From NCBI GenBank assembly GCA_001643675.2, contig LSRY02000069.1, positions 62,001 to 126,000 of the forward strand: a stretch of 64,000 bases of DNA. Direction: 5' to 3'. The notes beneath the pieces are model-generated. The model worked only from the letters and a program-made list of their open reading frames with translations. It was not told the origin of the DNA and ran no database searches. Source of the DNA: Monocercomonoides exilis PA203 (lineage: Eukaryota > Protista > Preaxostyla). Made by a program: the position numbers and the translations under genes. This document shows, one piece after another, positions 1-11,220 of this stretch; the stretch's first letter is position 1; each line of letters begins with the position of its first letter.

Positions 1-2
1 AG

Positions 3-3000
3 AACGTATCAGGAAGAATCAGTGGAGACAGAGTGGATGACAAAAGCGATGGAGCAGATAACGGAGTCAGGAAGAACAGTGCTGAAAGGATTGGAGTTGC
101 TTCGACAATATTTGAGAGGGTGGAAAATGGAGACAGCGGGATGCTTTATGATGGGTGTCACACACAAGAATGCTATTTTGTGATGAACACATCGTTTGAG
201 AGGTGCGAACAAAATGTGAACTCGACGAGGCAAGAGAACTCAACAGGAGATGTGATTCTTGAAGACTCGATTTTCACAGTGCACACAACTGGGAATTATG
301 GAGGGGCAGTGTGCATCAGAGGGAATGCCACACTTTCAATTTTGCGAACAACATTCAGAAATTGTTCATTAGAATCCATATCAGGAGAAACTCGTGGAGG
401 TGCAGTGTATGCAACTGGAACGGGTTTCATAAACATGGTAAATAGTTCTGTTATTAGCTGCTCTGTTGAAGAAAATGGTTCTTGTTATTGTGCAGGTATT
501 GCAATGGAATCAAAGAATCAAGGTAACATTCATATTGTACAATCGATTTTTGAAGAAAACACTGGAAGACACTTTTCTGGAATTTTGGCAAAAACCATTA
601 GCGACATATTGTTCATTGGATTTTGCATATTTCTCAACAATTGCGCCAACCCAAGATACGGAGGGTGCATTGGAATTTGGGACACAACATCAATAAATCA
701 AACTATTTCCAATTGCTTTTTTTCAAAAAACACCGCACACTACTATGGAGGAGCAATCATGTTTGGAGGAAATAAAGATATCGTGAAGCCAGTAAAACTC
801 AGATTTTTGCTATTTGAAAACAATACATGCACATTGGGTAATGGAAATGATATGGCTTTCCGAACAGATCATGAGACATTGTACTCCGCAAATGATTTTG
901 CCACATGCAGCTCCACGAGTGCTGAACCAAGGGTGTGGAATTGCTTCACCCCGAATGAATGGGAATGTCCAACATATGAGAGTAGGCCAAACTGGATATC
1001 GAACGCCATAAGAGGGGAGATAAATGTGAATCCAATAAAGGAAGACCAGATTCACTGTGGGACAATGGAAGATGAGTGCAAGACAATAGGGTATGGGGTG
1101 ACGAAGTGGAATCCAGAGCTGAAACAGAAGATATCGCTGAGCAGAAGCACTTTTGCAGAGCGAGGGATTGGGGTGGAAGATAGGATGATTGTGATTGAGG
1201 TGAAGGGGAGCGGAGAAAGACCGATAATACGATGGGCAGCAGCAGGGGATGCGCTTGTCTGGATCACATGCGGATCAATTGAAGCGGACTCGATTGTGTT
1301 TGTGATGGATGGAGGGGCATCTGGAGAGGGGTCGCTGATGAGTGTGAGGGAAGCAGGAGGGAGGGCACGGTTGGTGAGGTGCTGTGTGAGGAGTGAAGCA
1401 GCAGGAGTGTTTTGCAGAAGATCGATGTTTGTTGTTGAAAACGGGGTGTGTGAGATTGAAGACAGCGAGATAGAGGGGATACAGATGGAAGACTGTGCGC
1501 TGCTTGAATCGAGATATCCGGGAGAGCTGAGGATTGCTGGGGGAAGCATAAGGAACATTGTGCGAAGCAGAGGAAATGGAGCAGTGATGAGCAAAACGCT
1601 GAGGGAAGGAGAGACTGTGATTGTGTGTAACACCACAGTGAAGGGGTGCAGGTGCAGCAGTGGGAATGGGGGCGGAGTGTATGTGGGGGTTGTGGAAGGG
1701 AGTGTGGCAGTTTTTGGGGGAAGTAGCGTGAGCACGAAAATTGAGGGTTGCAAGGCAGAAGAAGGAAGCGGCAGCGGGAGCAGCGGAAGAGGAAGGGGCG
1801 GAGGGCTGTATGTGGAGATGAGGAATGCGGAAGACGATGTTCGGATGGAGAATGTGGAACTTGTGGGGAACGAAGCGAAAAGCGGGAAGATGATGTTTAT
1901 CTGCTCTGCAGATCTGAAGGAGAGCTGTGTGAAGAAGTTTGGGTTTCTTCGGGGAGGAGGATGGGGATGGGAGGATTATGCGGGGATAGGAGACAGAGAG
2001 TGGAGGTCACTGGTGATTCCGTTGAAAGTGTATTTTGAGGAGGTTGGGGAGACTGTGCATGCGAGCAGAGGAGGGGCTGATCACGAAAACTGTGGGTTTG
2101 AGTATTTCACATGCCGAACACTGAAGTATTCGCTTGAGCGGCAAGGGGGTGAGACGCACAAAGTGGAGGTGCACGAGTTGGTGGAAGTGAGCGAGCAGGT
2201 GGAGATGACATCGGGAAGCTATGAGGTGACTGGAGACGAAGGGCTGACTGTGCTGTCAGTGGTGGACAATGCAGCAAGGAGAGAAGGAGAAGGAGAAGGA
2301 GAAGGGGTGTTTTGTGTGTGGAAGAGCACGGTGCTGAAGAGAGTGAAGATGTGGATTCCGGCGATTCTATCAGGAAGAGGAGCATTGATTGAGGTGAGGG
2401 GAGGGAGCTTGAGTGTTTTGGAGTGTGCGATTGATCTGAAAGCTTCGGGGGTTGTTGTGAGGTTTTCGCTGGTGAAAGTGACATGCGGGAGTGTGGTTTG
2501 GCCGTCGCTGAGACTGGAGTCTGTGCACTTCGACAGGGATGGGGTGTTAATTGCAGCTGGAAGCGAGGCATCAATTGTGCTGGAGGATGCAGAACTGAGG
2601 AACGTGTCGAGGGTGTCTGGGGATGGGCTGATTGAAGGATCAGATGGGTCGAGGGTGGAGTTGCAGAATGTGGGGATGACAGGATGCAACGAGAAATCAG
2701 GGTCAATGATTGTGGTGAAGAGTGGAAGCAGACTGGAGATGAACAATTCGAATGTGGACGAATGTGAACTAAGAGATGGGGCAGTTGTTCAAGTTGTGGA
2801 TGGTGATGCTGGAAACGGTGATGAGGGAAGTGTGGTTGAAATGGAAAATTCGACGTTTTTGTTTGTGTCAGGGCAAGGGAACAGGCCAAGCATTATTGAG
2901 TGTAAGTGCGATGGCGGGATTTGTGTGAATGTGAGCGGGTGCGTGTTTGAGTCGTGCAAATCGTCGGAAAGCGAGAAAGGAGGGGTTGTGTATTTCTCAT

Positions 3001-6000
3001 TGAACGAAGGGGGGTGGCTGCGGATGAGCGAATCGACAATAAAGCAGGGTGGATGTTCTGCAGAGAGAGGAAAGGGAGGAGGGCTATATCTGCACTCTGA
3101 AGTGACAGGGGAGCTGGACTTTGAGCTGCGGAACATGAAATTTCATGAAAATGTTGCAGCATCAGGGAGGGATGTGTTTGTGGAGTGCTTAAGTATCGAG
3201 AACCAGATCAACGAGACACAGTTCCGGTTGGATCTGCGGGAAAGTGTGTATGTGCGTCAAAACGGGATGTGTGGGATGGACAGGACACAGCACACAGTGA
3301 AGCCAATTGATCTGATGGACGTCATCACGATATTCCAGTCAGATACGATTGTGGTATCAAGCATAAAAGAGAAAGGAGGAAAAAACGAGAAATTATGTGG
3401 AACGCCTCAAGTTCCATGCCGATCGATCGACTATGGAATTTTGCATGTGTCAAAGGATTATATAAGCCTTATATTTGTTGAGGAAGAAAGTGTGATCGAA
3501 AGGGAGTGCGATTTTGTGGAGATGATGGTTCTGTCGAGCGGAGGCGGTATGGCGCAGATAATTGTGAAGGGAATTGAAGAGCAGAGAAGGGAAGGGGTTA
3601 TTGCGACACAGAGGAGTGTTGAAGTGACAGGGTTGGGGTTTGTGTTTGCAGAAGGAGCAGAATGGGGCCATGCAAGGCTGATTGAAGTGCAGAGCGGGAT
3701 GCTCAGGATACAGCTGTGTTCATTCAGCACGATGCAAAATGGGGAGGAGGAAAATGGGAAGGCGAGAATTGGGTTCTCGCTGATATGGATTGGAGGCGGT
3801 GGCTGTGCTGTGTCAAGCGTTCAGGTTGCAGGTCTCAGATTCTTGGAAACAGTGAAGGGAGTGATTGAGGCATCAGGGTCGGAGCAAGAGACGAGCGTGA
3901 ACAATGTGAGCGTGGCGGATATTAGCGTGGAAGATGGGAGCATCATTTGCTCTGGAGCAAAGCTGTTGCAGCGAATTGGACTGTGCAGCTTTGCAAACAT
4001 CACACGCCTCTCTGGAGGAGCATCGTGCATATTGCTAAGAGCTGGGGAAGGGAAAGAGATGGGAGAAATTGTGAACTGCACATTCCGAAGATGCACATCA
4101 CTCTCAGCAAGAGGGAGCGGAGTGAAGGTTTTGTGTGCTTCGAGCATTGCATTTGACAGCTGTACGTTTGATGGATGTGGATTGTTCGAGAAGACAAACT
4201 GGGAGGGAGCGGAGGAAGGGATATGCTTTTGGAATGGATCGGTTGTTGAGATGGAGAATTGCAGCAGCCGGATGAAAGACACAGTGATTGCAAACAGCAG
4301 CTGTGGAGGGGCTGGGGTGGATGGTGGGGATGTGAGGATTGAGATGGGGATGTTTGAGAACAACAATGGGACAGTGGAGAAGTACAGATCCATCCGGCGG
4401 AATGTGGTGTGCAGCGGTTTGGGAAAGGTTAATGTTGTGAGCCTGAAAGGAGGGGATGGGGCAAAGGAGAACAGCTCGCTGTGGATTCTGAGTGAAGGGT
4501 GCACACTGGAAGGGATTGCAGGGGAAAGGGGATGGGCACTGTTTGTGCCAGTTGTGGAGGAGGCGCATATGAGGGAAGCAGAGGAGGAGCTGGAGGTGAG
4601 GTTTGTGGGGAGACTGCTAATTCCGTGCAATCTTTCATTTGGGGTGAGCGTATGGGATGGGAACGCAGAAGCAGTGGAGCGGCATGAGTTTGTGGAATCT
4701 GACTATGTGTCAGAGGAGGAGGTGTGCAGCAGAATAGGAGCATCAGCAGCTCGAGGAGCGGCAGAGACAGCAGAGGTGAGGGTGAGGATTGAGTTTGGAG
4801 ATGCAGCCAGGCGGCAGGGCACGAAATGGTTTGTTGTGAAGAACAGAACAGAAGCACAGGTGAATGGAAACGAAAAACTTGTTGAAGGAGGAAACAAAGA
4901 AAAATCATCGTGGGCATTAATAATTGCAGTCACATTTGTTGTTCTGTTCTTGATTGTTTTGTTAATTGCAGTTGCTTTTATTGTTCGATGGAGAAAGCAA
5001 AAGAGAAGAACAGAAGAACTGGAGGAGATTGTGGAAGATACAGTGAGGAAGGATCCGAAGCTGGTTGAGATGATGACGATGGAGATGTCTCCCGAGGAAC
5101 AATGGAAGAGAGCAGAGAGAGATGCAGAGAAGAAGAGCGAAGAGAGGATCAAGAAGAGAATATATGATACGAATATGCAACATTCTGAATCATCTGAGCA
5201 TTTGTTAAGTGAGAGTGGCTCCACCGAATACATACTTGGGAGAGATTCAGACAAGATTCCGGAGTGGGCACTGGAGAAGGTTGAAGAAGAAGAGATTCAG
5301 AAGCGAACACCATCACCATCCATCTCATCCACTTCAACAGCAGACACTTCGGACACAGATTCAACATTTGTTCGATCAGAGAGTCTGTGCCCAACCACCT
5401 CGTCAATGTCGAATCTGGTGGATGGAATGGCATGCTCGTCGCCGCATGAGAAGCTGATAGCGGATCTTCGTGACTCGCTATTCATGCTTCTGCATGGGAA
5501 GAATGAGAAGAAGGAGATGGCGATTGGTTCATTGAAGGAGCGGGAGATGACAGCTGCACAGATCCTGTTCTGGGTGGTGAATGGAGCGCTGCACTCTTTC
5601 AATGAGATGGAAAACCCGCTTCAGTCATTGGCGAATCTGAGTCCTCACATTGTGCTGTTCTCTGAGCAGATGGTGATTGTCATAGCGCTTCACTCTGACT
5701 GCTCTGATGAGTCGGATTCGGACTCCTCATCCATTGCTTCATCATGCACGATTGCCACATCATCCTCTGATGTTTCATTGATGAGTGAGCGATTCGTAGA
5801 CTTACCGCCACCCTCATCGGCATTTGAGGATGATGAAGGCTGCAGAGACGAATACAAGCGATGGAAGGCGCCGGAGCTGATGGGGAAGAAAAAGATGAGA
5901 GCGACAAAGGAGTCAGTTGTGTTTTCTGTGGGGATGATGTTGTGGGAATGCCTGACTCTGAAGATCCCGTTTGGAGACTATTCTGCAGAAGCAGCCGGGC

Positions 6001-6266
6001 AGAAAATTGTGAATGGGGAGAGGCCGAAACCCGAGAAAGCAGGGAGTGAGGAATATGGAGAAATGATAAAAGCATGCTTGTCTGCATCGCCATCGGAGAG
6101 GTGGGGCTTGATGACTTTGAAGCGAGAATTCTTCAGTCGGTTTCCCGCAGGAGCTGTGTTTGTCACAGCATCAGACGCCATCGATTTTGAAGCAGGGAGC
6201 GATGATGGAGGCAGCGAGGCTGCGACTCGACAGAGCAGAAGCTGGAGTGGATACAGCAATAGATGA
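3..6266 (+). CDS. Large type I membrane protein: Cys-rich beta-helix/Pmp-like ectodomain, one TM helix, C-terminal TKL-like pseudokinase; 5' end lies outside the window
   Basis: Intronless ORF of >2077 aa, open to the window edge. GGA(V/I) and FxxN motifs; three CGxxxxxCx(T/S)xxY modules; TM WALIIAVTFVVLFLIVLLIAVAFIV followed by RWRKQKRR; kinase C-lobe WKAPE and VFSVGMMLWE, but no GxGxxG, HRD or DFG. Confidence 0.8.
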   Translation, partial: NVSGRISGDRVDDKSDGADNGVRKNSAERIGVASTIFERVENGDSGMLYDGCHTQECYFVMNTSFERCEQNVNSTRQENSTGDVILEDSIFTVHTTGNYGGAVCIRGNATLSILRTTFRNCSLESISGETRGGAVYATGTGFINMVNSSVISCSVEENGSCYCAGIAMESKNQGNIHIVQSIFEENTGRHFSGILAKTISDILFIGFCIFLNNCANPRYGGCIGIWDTTSINQTISNCFFSKNTAHYYGGAIMFGGNKDIVKPVKLRFLLFENNTCTLGNGNDMAFRTDHETLYSANDFATCSSTSAEPRVWNCFTPNEWECPTYESRPNWISNAIRGEINVNPIKEDQIHCGTMEDECKTIGYGVTKWNPELKQKISLSRSTFAERGIGVEDRMIVIEVKGSGERPIIRWAAAGDALVWITCGSIEADSIVFVMDGGASGEGSLMSVREAGGRARLVRCCVRSEAAGVFCRRSMFVVENGVCEIEDSEIEGIQMEDCALLESRYPGELRIAGGSIRNIVRSRGNGAVMSKTLREGETVIVCNTTVKGCRCSSGNGGGVYVGVVEGSVAVFGGSSVSTKIEGCKAEEGSGSGSSGRGRGGGLYVEMRNAEDDVRMENVELVGNEAKSGKMMFICSADLKESCVKKFGFLRGGGWGWEDYAGIGDREWRSLVIPLKVYFEEVGETVHASRGGADHENCGFEYFTCRTLKYSLERQGGETHKVEVHELVEVSEQVEMTSGSYEVTGDEGLTVLSVVDNAARREGEGEGEGVFCVWKSTVLKRVKMWIPAILSGRGALIEVRGGSLSVLECAIDLKASGVVVRFSLVKVTCGSVVWPSLRLESVHFDRDGVLIAAGSEASIVLEDAELRNVSRVSGDGLIEGSDGSRVELQNVGMTGCNEKSGSMIVVKSGSRLEMNNSNVDECELRDGAVVQVVDGDAGNGDEGSVVEMENSTFLFVSGQGNRPSIIECKCDGGICVNVSGCVFESCKSSESEKGGVVYFSLNEGGWLRMSESTIKQGGCSAERGKGGGLYLHSEVTGELDFELRNMKFHENVAASGRDVFVECLSIENQINETQFRLDLRESVYVRQNGMCGMDRTQHTVKPIDLMDVITIFQSDTIVVSSIKEKGGKNEKLCGTPQVPCRSIDYGILHVSKDYISLIFVEEESVIERECDFVEMMVLSSGGGMAQIIVKGIEEQRREGVIATQRSVEVTGLGFVFAEGAEWGHARLIEVQSGMLRIQLCSFSTMQNGEEENGKARIGFSLIWIGGGGCAVSSVQVAGLRFLETVKGVIEASGSEQETSVNNVSVADISVEDGSIICSGAKLLQRIGLCSFANITRLSGGASCILLRAGEGKEMGEIVNCTFRRCTSLSARGSGVKVLCASSIAFDSCTFDGCGLFEKTNWEGAEEGICFWNGSVVEMENCSSRMKDTVIANSSCGGAGVDGGDVRIEMGMFENNNGTVEKYRSIRRNVVCSGLGKVNVVSLKGGDGAKENSSLWILSEGCTLEGIAGERGWALFVPVVEEAHMREAEEELEVRFVGRLLIPCNLSFGVSVWDGNAEAVERHEFVESDYVSEEEVCSRIGASAARGAAETAEVRVRIEFGDAARRQGTKWFVVKNRTEAQVNGNEKLVEGGNKEKSSWALIIAVTFVVLFLIVLLIAVAFIVRWRKQKRRTEELEEIVEDTVRKDPKLVEMMTMEMSPEEQWKRAERDAEKKSEERIKKRIYDTNMQHSESSEHLLSESGSTEYILGRDSDKIPEWALEKVEEEEIQKRTPSPSISSTSTADTSDTDSTFVRSESLCPTTSSMSNLVDGMACSSPHEKLIADLRDSLFMLLHGKNEKKEMAIGSLKEREMTAAQILFWVVNGALHSFNEMENPLQSLANLSPHIVLFSEQMVIVIALHSDCSDESDSDSSSIASSCTIATSSSDVSLMSERFVDLPPPSSAFEDDEGCRDEYKRWKAPELMGKKKMRATKESVVFSVGMMLWECLTLKIPFGDYSAEAAGQKIVNGERPKPEKAGSEEYGEMIKACLSASPSERWGLMTLKREFFSRFPAGAVFVTASDAIDFEAGSDDGGSEAATRQSRSWSGYSNR

Positions 6267-6846
6267 AAAGGAGGAAGCAGAGAAAGAAGATGATTAGCAC
6301 AACTGCCTTGAAACAACAGCTGGGATGGATGAACGGATATGGAGCGTTGGATACGATGCTTCACTATTGACGGATCACTCGATGAATTTAACGAGTATTC
6401 CGATGAGTAAGGGAATTTTTTCTCGTGTTAGCTTTGGATAATATTTTTTTAGTGGTAAAAGTGATTTTTTAATTTTTTTTTTCAGAAAGTCACAAATAAA
6501 AAATAAAGAATCGTTACATTACTCATTAAGCATAAAATTTTTAATTCATATTCAATGAGCGCGAATGAACAAAGAGAAAAATTGTGCAAACAAAATATAG
6601 GTTCAAATAAATCTCGTATCATTTAAATATCAAAAACATAAAAGACAATAAACACAAAAACTGTAATTTCAAACTATCAACTTTGAAATTATAAAAATGA
6701 ATTATGTTCAAACTATTTCTTAAATGATTCAAAAGGTGAATAAAAACTAACAGGACAAAATGCAGCATTTCATTCAAAACATTGGTAATTTTTGTGAATA
6801 TAAGCTATCCTGAAAAATAGAAATTCCATTGAATTCAAATGCATTT

Positions 6847-9800
6847 TTAATCAGCAGGAAGAACAGAATGGAATAGATAATCATCCATCAATTGAGATGA
6901 ATTTGGAGAAGTTGAAAATAGATAAGAAGTACTGTTGGCGGTTTAATGACGAAGATGAGAGAAAAAAGTAAAAACAGATGAACGAATAACAAGAATGAAA
7001 AATTCAATGTAAAAAATTATTTGAACAAAGGATTTAAAGTCATACTTAGTCCAACACAAGCGTATTGTTCCATTGTTCAATCCAATTGCGATGCAAGGCC
7101 AGAGCCGATGAGTTGATGTGGATAAAGCAGGCCTGAATATTAAACAAACGACAGCATGTTTTGTGTGATTTGAAAAATAACAAGTTCAATTATAATTATT
7201 AGAATAAATTATCTTAATCGTTAATAAAAAAAGGAAAAACAAACGGAACGCTGACAGCAGTTATTGAAATGCTCTTTTCTAGCACTTCATGTGCTATTGG
7301 TTGCTAAAGTTACGAGAAATATAATTTGAGACAAAATATTTTTTTATTTTTTTCAAGATTCATACAAGAATAAAGAAAAAACAAACAAGATCACTCTTTG
7401 CCAAATCCCAAATAGAAACGATGCAAGGGCAATGGACTGTAAAAAATTGAGACGAGACCCAAGGCGAAAAGAAGGAGGAAAACGGAGGAATCGGAGAGAC
7501 GCCTTTCTGTACCCATGTTGTGAGTGGATAGGGCTGTGATGATGAAGACGATGTGTTGAAAAGGCTGATTGATCCATCTGCATAAGATGCGAGAAGGATT
7601 GAAGGGAAGTAGGGAGAACAATTCAGTGACAGAACAGATGCCCCGTGTGGTGACAATGTTGTTGATGGAGCGGATGAAAGCGAAGTAACTGATGTTGGTG
7701 GCTGTGCAATAGAAATGACAAAAAAATAAAAATATTTAGTTTTTAAGCAATTATAATTTCATTCATTCAAATTTCAAAAAATCAGAAAAGAATTTAATAA
7801 ATGAAAATGTGTGCAATTATCACTTCATACATAAAATATTTGTGGGTACTGAGGCCTTCCAGCACGTGTCATTCTTCTGATAAAGCCGTTTGAAAACCCA
7901 ACAAAGAACTGATTATCATCACCAATGTTCTGAGTAACACATGTCACAATTCCAGAGTCTTCAACATTTTTCTCAGAAAGAATAGCACTTGATGAAATGT
8001 GCGAAGATGTCGCAGACGAAAGAGAATTTGTGGAAGATGAAATGTGTGATACAGGAATTAACGACACCAATGAGCCACCATTTAGCCCAAGATCGGTGTC
8101 AGAACCAGACCTGGAAAAAAGAAAAAGCGAAAAAGAAATTTTTTTGATTATGAATAATAACAATAACAACAAATTGTTTTTTATTTTGATTAGAATTTGA
8201 AAAGATAACATCATTAGAAAAATGAGAACAGACAGTAGGTTAATCATTTAAGAGGTGGTATAAAAAATAATGTTTAAATCACACCAGAAAGATAATGCCC
8301 TCTCATCAGCCGAGTTCGCTTTGAAGGGAGCACCAGTGTCTCTGTCAAAAGAGACTTTCGATAGCTGCACAAGAAATGCATCGACTGTTGCTGAAGCGCT
8401 GCTGCGTGAGGCAAGTGCAGAGGAAGCAGACGTTGTGGTGTTCGACATCGAAGATGCAGCAGAAAGCGTAGAAAGCGACGCCTCATTCATCAGCCAAACC
8501 TTCCCGTTGCCAAGCTCGTCCACACTGCAGAACTGAAATGGAGCATTGACAGCTGACTGTGTCTGAGCAGCAGAAGAAGAGGAAGAAGAAGAAGATGATG
8601 ATGATGATGATGATGGTGAACGAGAAGACGATGAATTGTCCAGTGTGGGAAGAAGAGAAGGTGAAATGAATGCGAAGAGAGAAGACGATGAAGATAGAAA
8701 TGAAGTGTGATTTCCCTTTGGGCCAGACTCCATCGATGTAGTAGTAAAAGACGGCCACTGAGTCAAAACATAAAAATCTTGAGTGGCGATAGCCTGAGGT
8801 TGAGCTAAGCCCGGTGCAGGCGAACCAGATGCAGCATTCTGCTTCAGCACAGCAGACGGTGTTTTGGCTTCATCGATTGCTGTGAATGTTGTGTGGAAGT
8901 GTGTCGATATGGTCTCTCTCAAATCCCACACGCACAGAGAGCCTGTGACCAGAGTGGCGACAACAACAAGAGGGTTGAGCGGAGACACGGCCACAGACGA
9001 AACAACGCCAGGGACAAGGAGAATGCGAAACGGAACACGCTGTGACAATTCATTCTTTTGGGTCACAGAATATGGAGTCTGACGAGGATTTAGTTGATTC
9101 AGGCTCCACACAAGAATAAACCCATTTTCAACATCCTTATTTTCATGTTACAAGCAAAGCGAAATATCCAAGCATTTCATAGTATTACAAAAAATAATGA
9201 AATAAAGTCAAGCAAAATTCAAAATTATATAATGTCAATGTAACGTTTCTGCATATTGCACACTTCATTTGTCAGAGGAGAAGGAAGTGGTGGAAATGAT
9301 GATGGACTGCGCTTTGCATAAGATCGAGGTGAGTACGCAGCGACAAGATACTGCGGCTCAGAAGGAGCGAAGGTCAACGCTATAAAAATAGCAGCAACAA
9401 TAATAAACATGTTTTATTGATATTAGCATTTGAAAATTTCATGAATACTTTATATCATACCATTCACGGTTCTTCCATTTGTCAGATTAGACCACTTTAG
9501 AATAATTGTTCTGGCAAACATTTTCGCTGCTTCTGTAGGAGTGCTTGCAGCGTGTAGTGCATTTTTTGGCTTTGAATCTGCCTCAACAGAAAGGCCTTTT
9601 TCTTTCCTTTCTTTTTCAATTTTGGCTTTCCAAGCTTTTTCTTCCTTCATTTGAGATTCTTGAAGCGCAACCAGAACATTTTCGTTTAATACAGATTCCA
9701 TAACAATTGATGCACTTCTCAGAAATCGTAAAAATCTCGGGATTTCTTGTGTGTTAAGTGAGCTCTCATCGCTCTGTTGCTGTCCTGTTGATGTTGGAGA

Positions 9801-10341
9801 AGTCAACGCATTGGGAAGTTGCGATGAATCGGGTATTTTTGAGGATTTGGAAGAAGATGCAGATGCTTCTTTTTGAGAGCGATATTGATCCCAAATTGCA
9901 ATACCTGTATCTGGTGCTTGCATTCCTTGGTCAATTGTTTGTACTGGTGCAGTTTGGACTTCTGATGTTCTCTGTTGCTCCGAACTTTGGATGGCTTTCT
10001 ATTAAATTTCAAAGTTTATGAAAACTTGAATATCAAATACAAAATGAAAAAAACATCTTTAAATTTGCTTCCAGTCGCTTGTTGATATCGCAAAAGAGCT
10101 GCTGAATCACTTGGGGTCATGTCTAACAAAAAAATAGTCGAATCCATTGAGGTTATTTTTTCCTTTATGTTTTTTATATGTGAAAATAATTTTTGCAACT
10201 GAATAATTTAATTGATTTATAGCACACAATTGCAGCTTCTATTGGGGATTTTGTCCTAACGCCTGCTGAAGATATTTTATGTTGCGTTGAAATTTGCTTT
10301 GAAACGGCTTTTGCAGGCCGCTTAGTCAAAGGTTTTGACAT
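6847..10341 (-). CDS. WDR60: WD-repeat dynein-2 intermediate chain (WDR60/DYNC2I1-like), multi-exon
   Basis: Spliced from ORFs 10174-10410, 10016-10198, 9450-9923, 9225-9410, 8248-9111, 7825-8247 and 7360-7656. RFLRFLRSASIVMESVLNEN, CVWDLRE, QWPSFTT and SPYFPSILLASYADGSISLF resemble WDR60 motifs. GT-AG introns; the last exon is tentative. Confidence 0.7.
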
Positions 10342-10624
10342 TTTTAACAAAATGCAAAAAAACAGATATTTTAATGGGAGAAAAAACATTTTCAAAATTG
10401 TGACATTCAAGAAGTGAACAACTTTCTTTTGTTATTTATTTAACAAAGAATAATCTCGAATCTGAATAAGTTATGAATATAAAATTTAATGTGAATTTTT
10501 TTTAGAAAAGCAAATATTTAAGTTACAATCTTATCAAAAATAAATTCAACTTTTCAATAATTGATAAAGCTTTAAAATTATAAATTGAAAAAAATAAATT
10601 TATGTGAAGTGTCTAAAAAATTGT

Positions 10625-11062
10625 TCAGATTGGAGCTTTCCATATATAAAGTCCCATTTCCTTCAATTTACGATCCCATTCTGCCCTTTCAGCATCATAC
10701 AGTTCTTGCATCTTCTGCTTCCTGACTTGTAGCACAAGTTGTTCTTGGAAAAAATAAAGCATTATTTGTTTTTTTAAAAAGAAAGAATAGGAAACTGCAA
10801 ACTTGCAACTTTCAATTCAGAATCTGCTCCTTCAGCAACCCTTTTAGCTTCTCTTGACTTGATTTTATTTGTAATATTTTTCTCCCATCCAGCTTAAAAG
10901 AAATGCAATTTAAAATACATTTTCAAAAAAAATCGTACCAAAATTGGATATTGTTTGGTTTTCCTTAACAATGCGATCAGCTTCTTCGTATTTAGCGCGC
11001 TCAACGATCAGTTTTTGAACATGCGAAGGTAGAGTTCGGTGAACGGTTGGAAGGATTGACAT
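10625..11062 (-). CDS. CFAP141: Small ciliary microtubule inner protein, CFAP141/FAP141-like; 3 exons, about 110 aa, absent from the ORF track
   Basis: Manual splicing with two GT-AG introns gives MSILPTVHRTLPSHVQKLIVERAKYEEADRIVKENQTISNFAGWEKNITNKIKSREAKRVAEGADSELKVAKQLVLQVRKQKMQELYDAERAEWDRKLKEMGLYIWKAPI*. The C-terminal half resembles the CFAP141 pattern EL..AK......R...L..L...E.......L..MG. Confidence 0.65.
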
Positions 11063-11220
11063 AATAATATATTATATAAATGATCAGTACAAAAAATGAT
11101 TTCTCAAATTATTACAGAATTATTTATAAAAAATAAAAATATTTCATTAAAACAAAATTTTTGAAATGATGTTATTCAAAGTATTAGTGGTAAAGATGTT
11201 CAAATTTTTCTTGACTTAAT

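Noticed and set aside
1052-6364. Many 100-270 aa minus-strand ORFs opposite the large surface protein
   Set aside because: S/P/L-rich antisense shadows caused by the purine skew of the sense strand.
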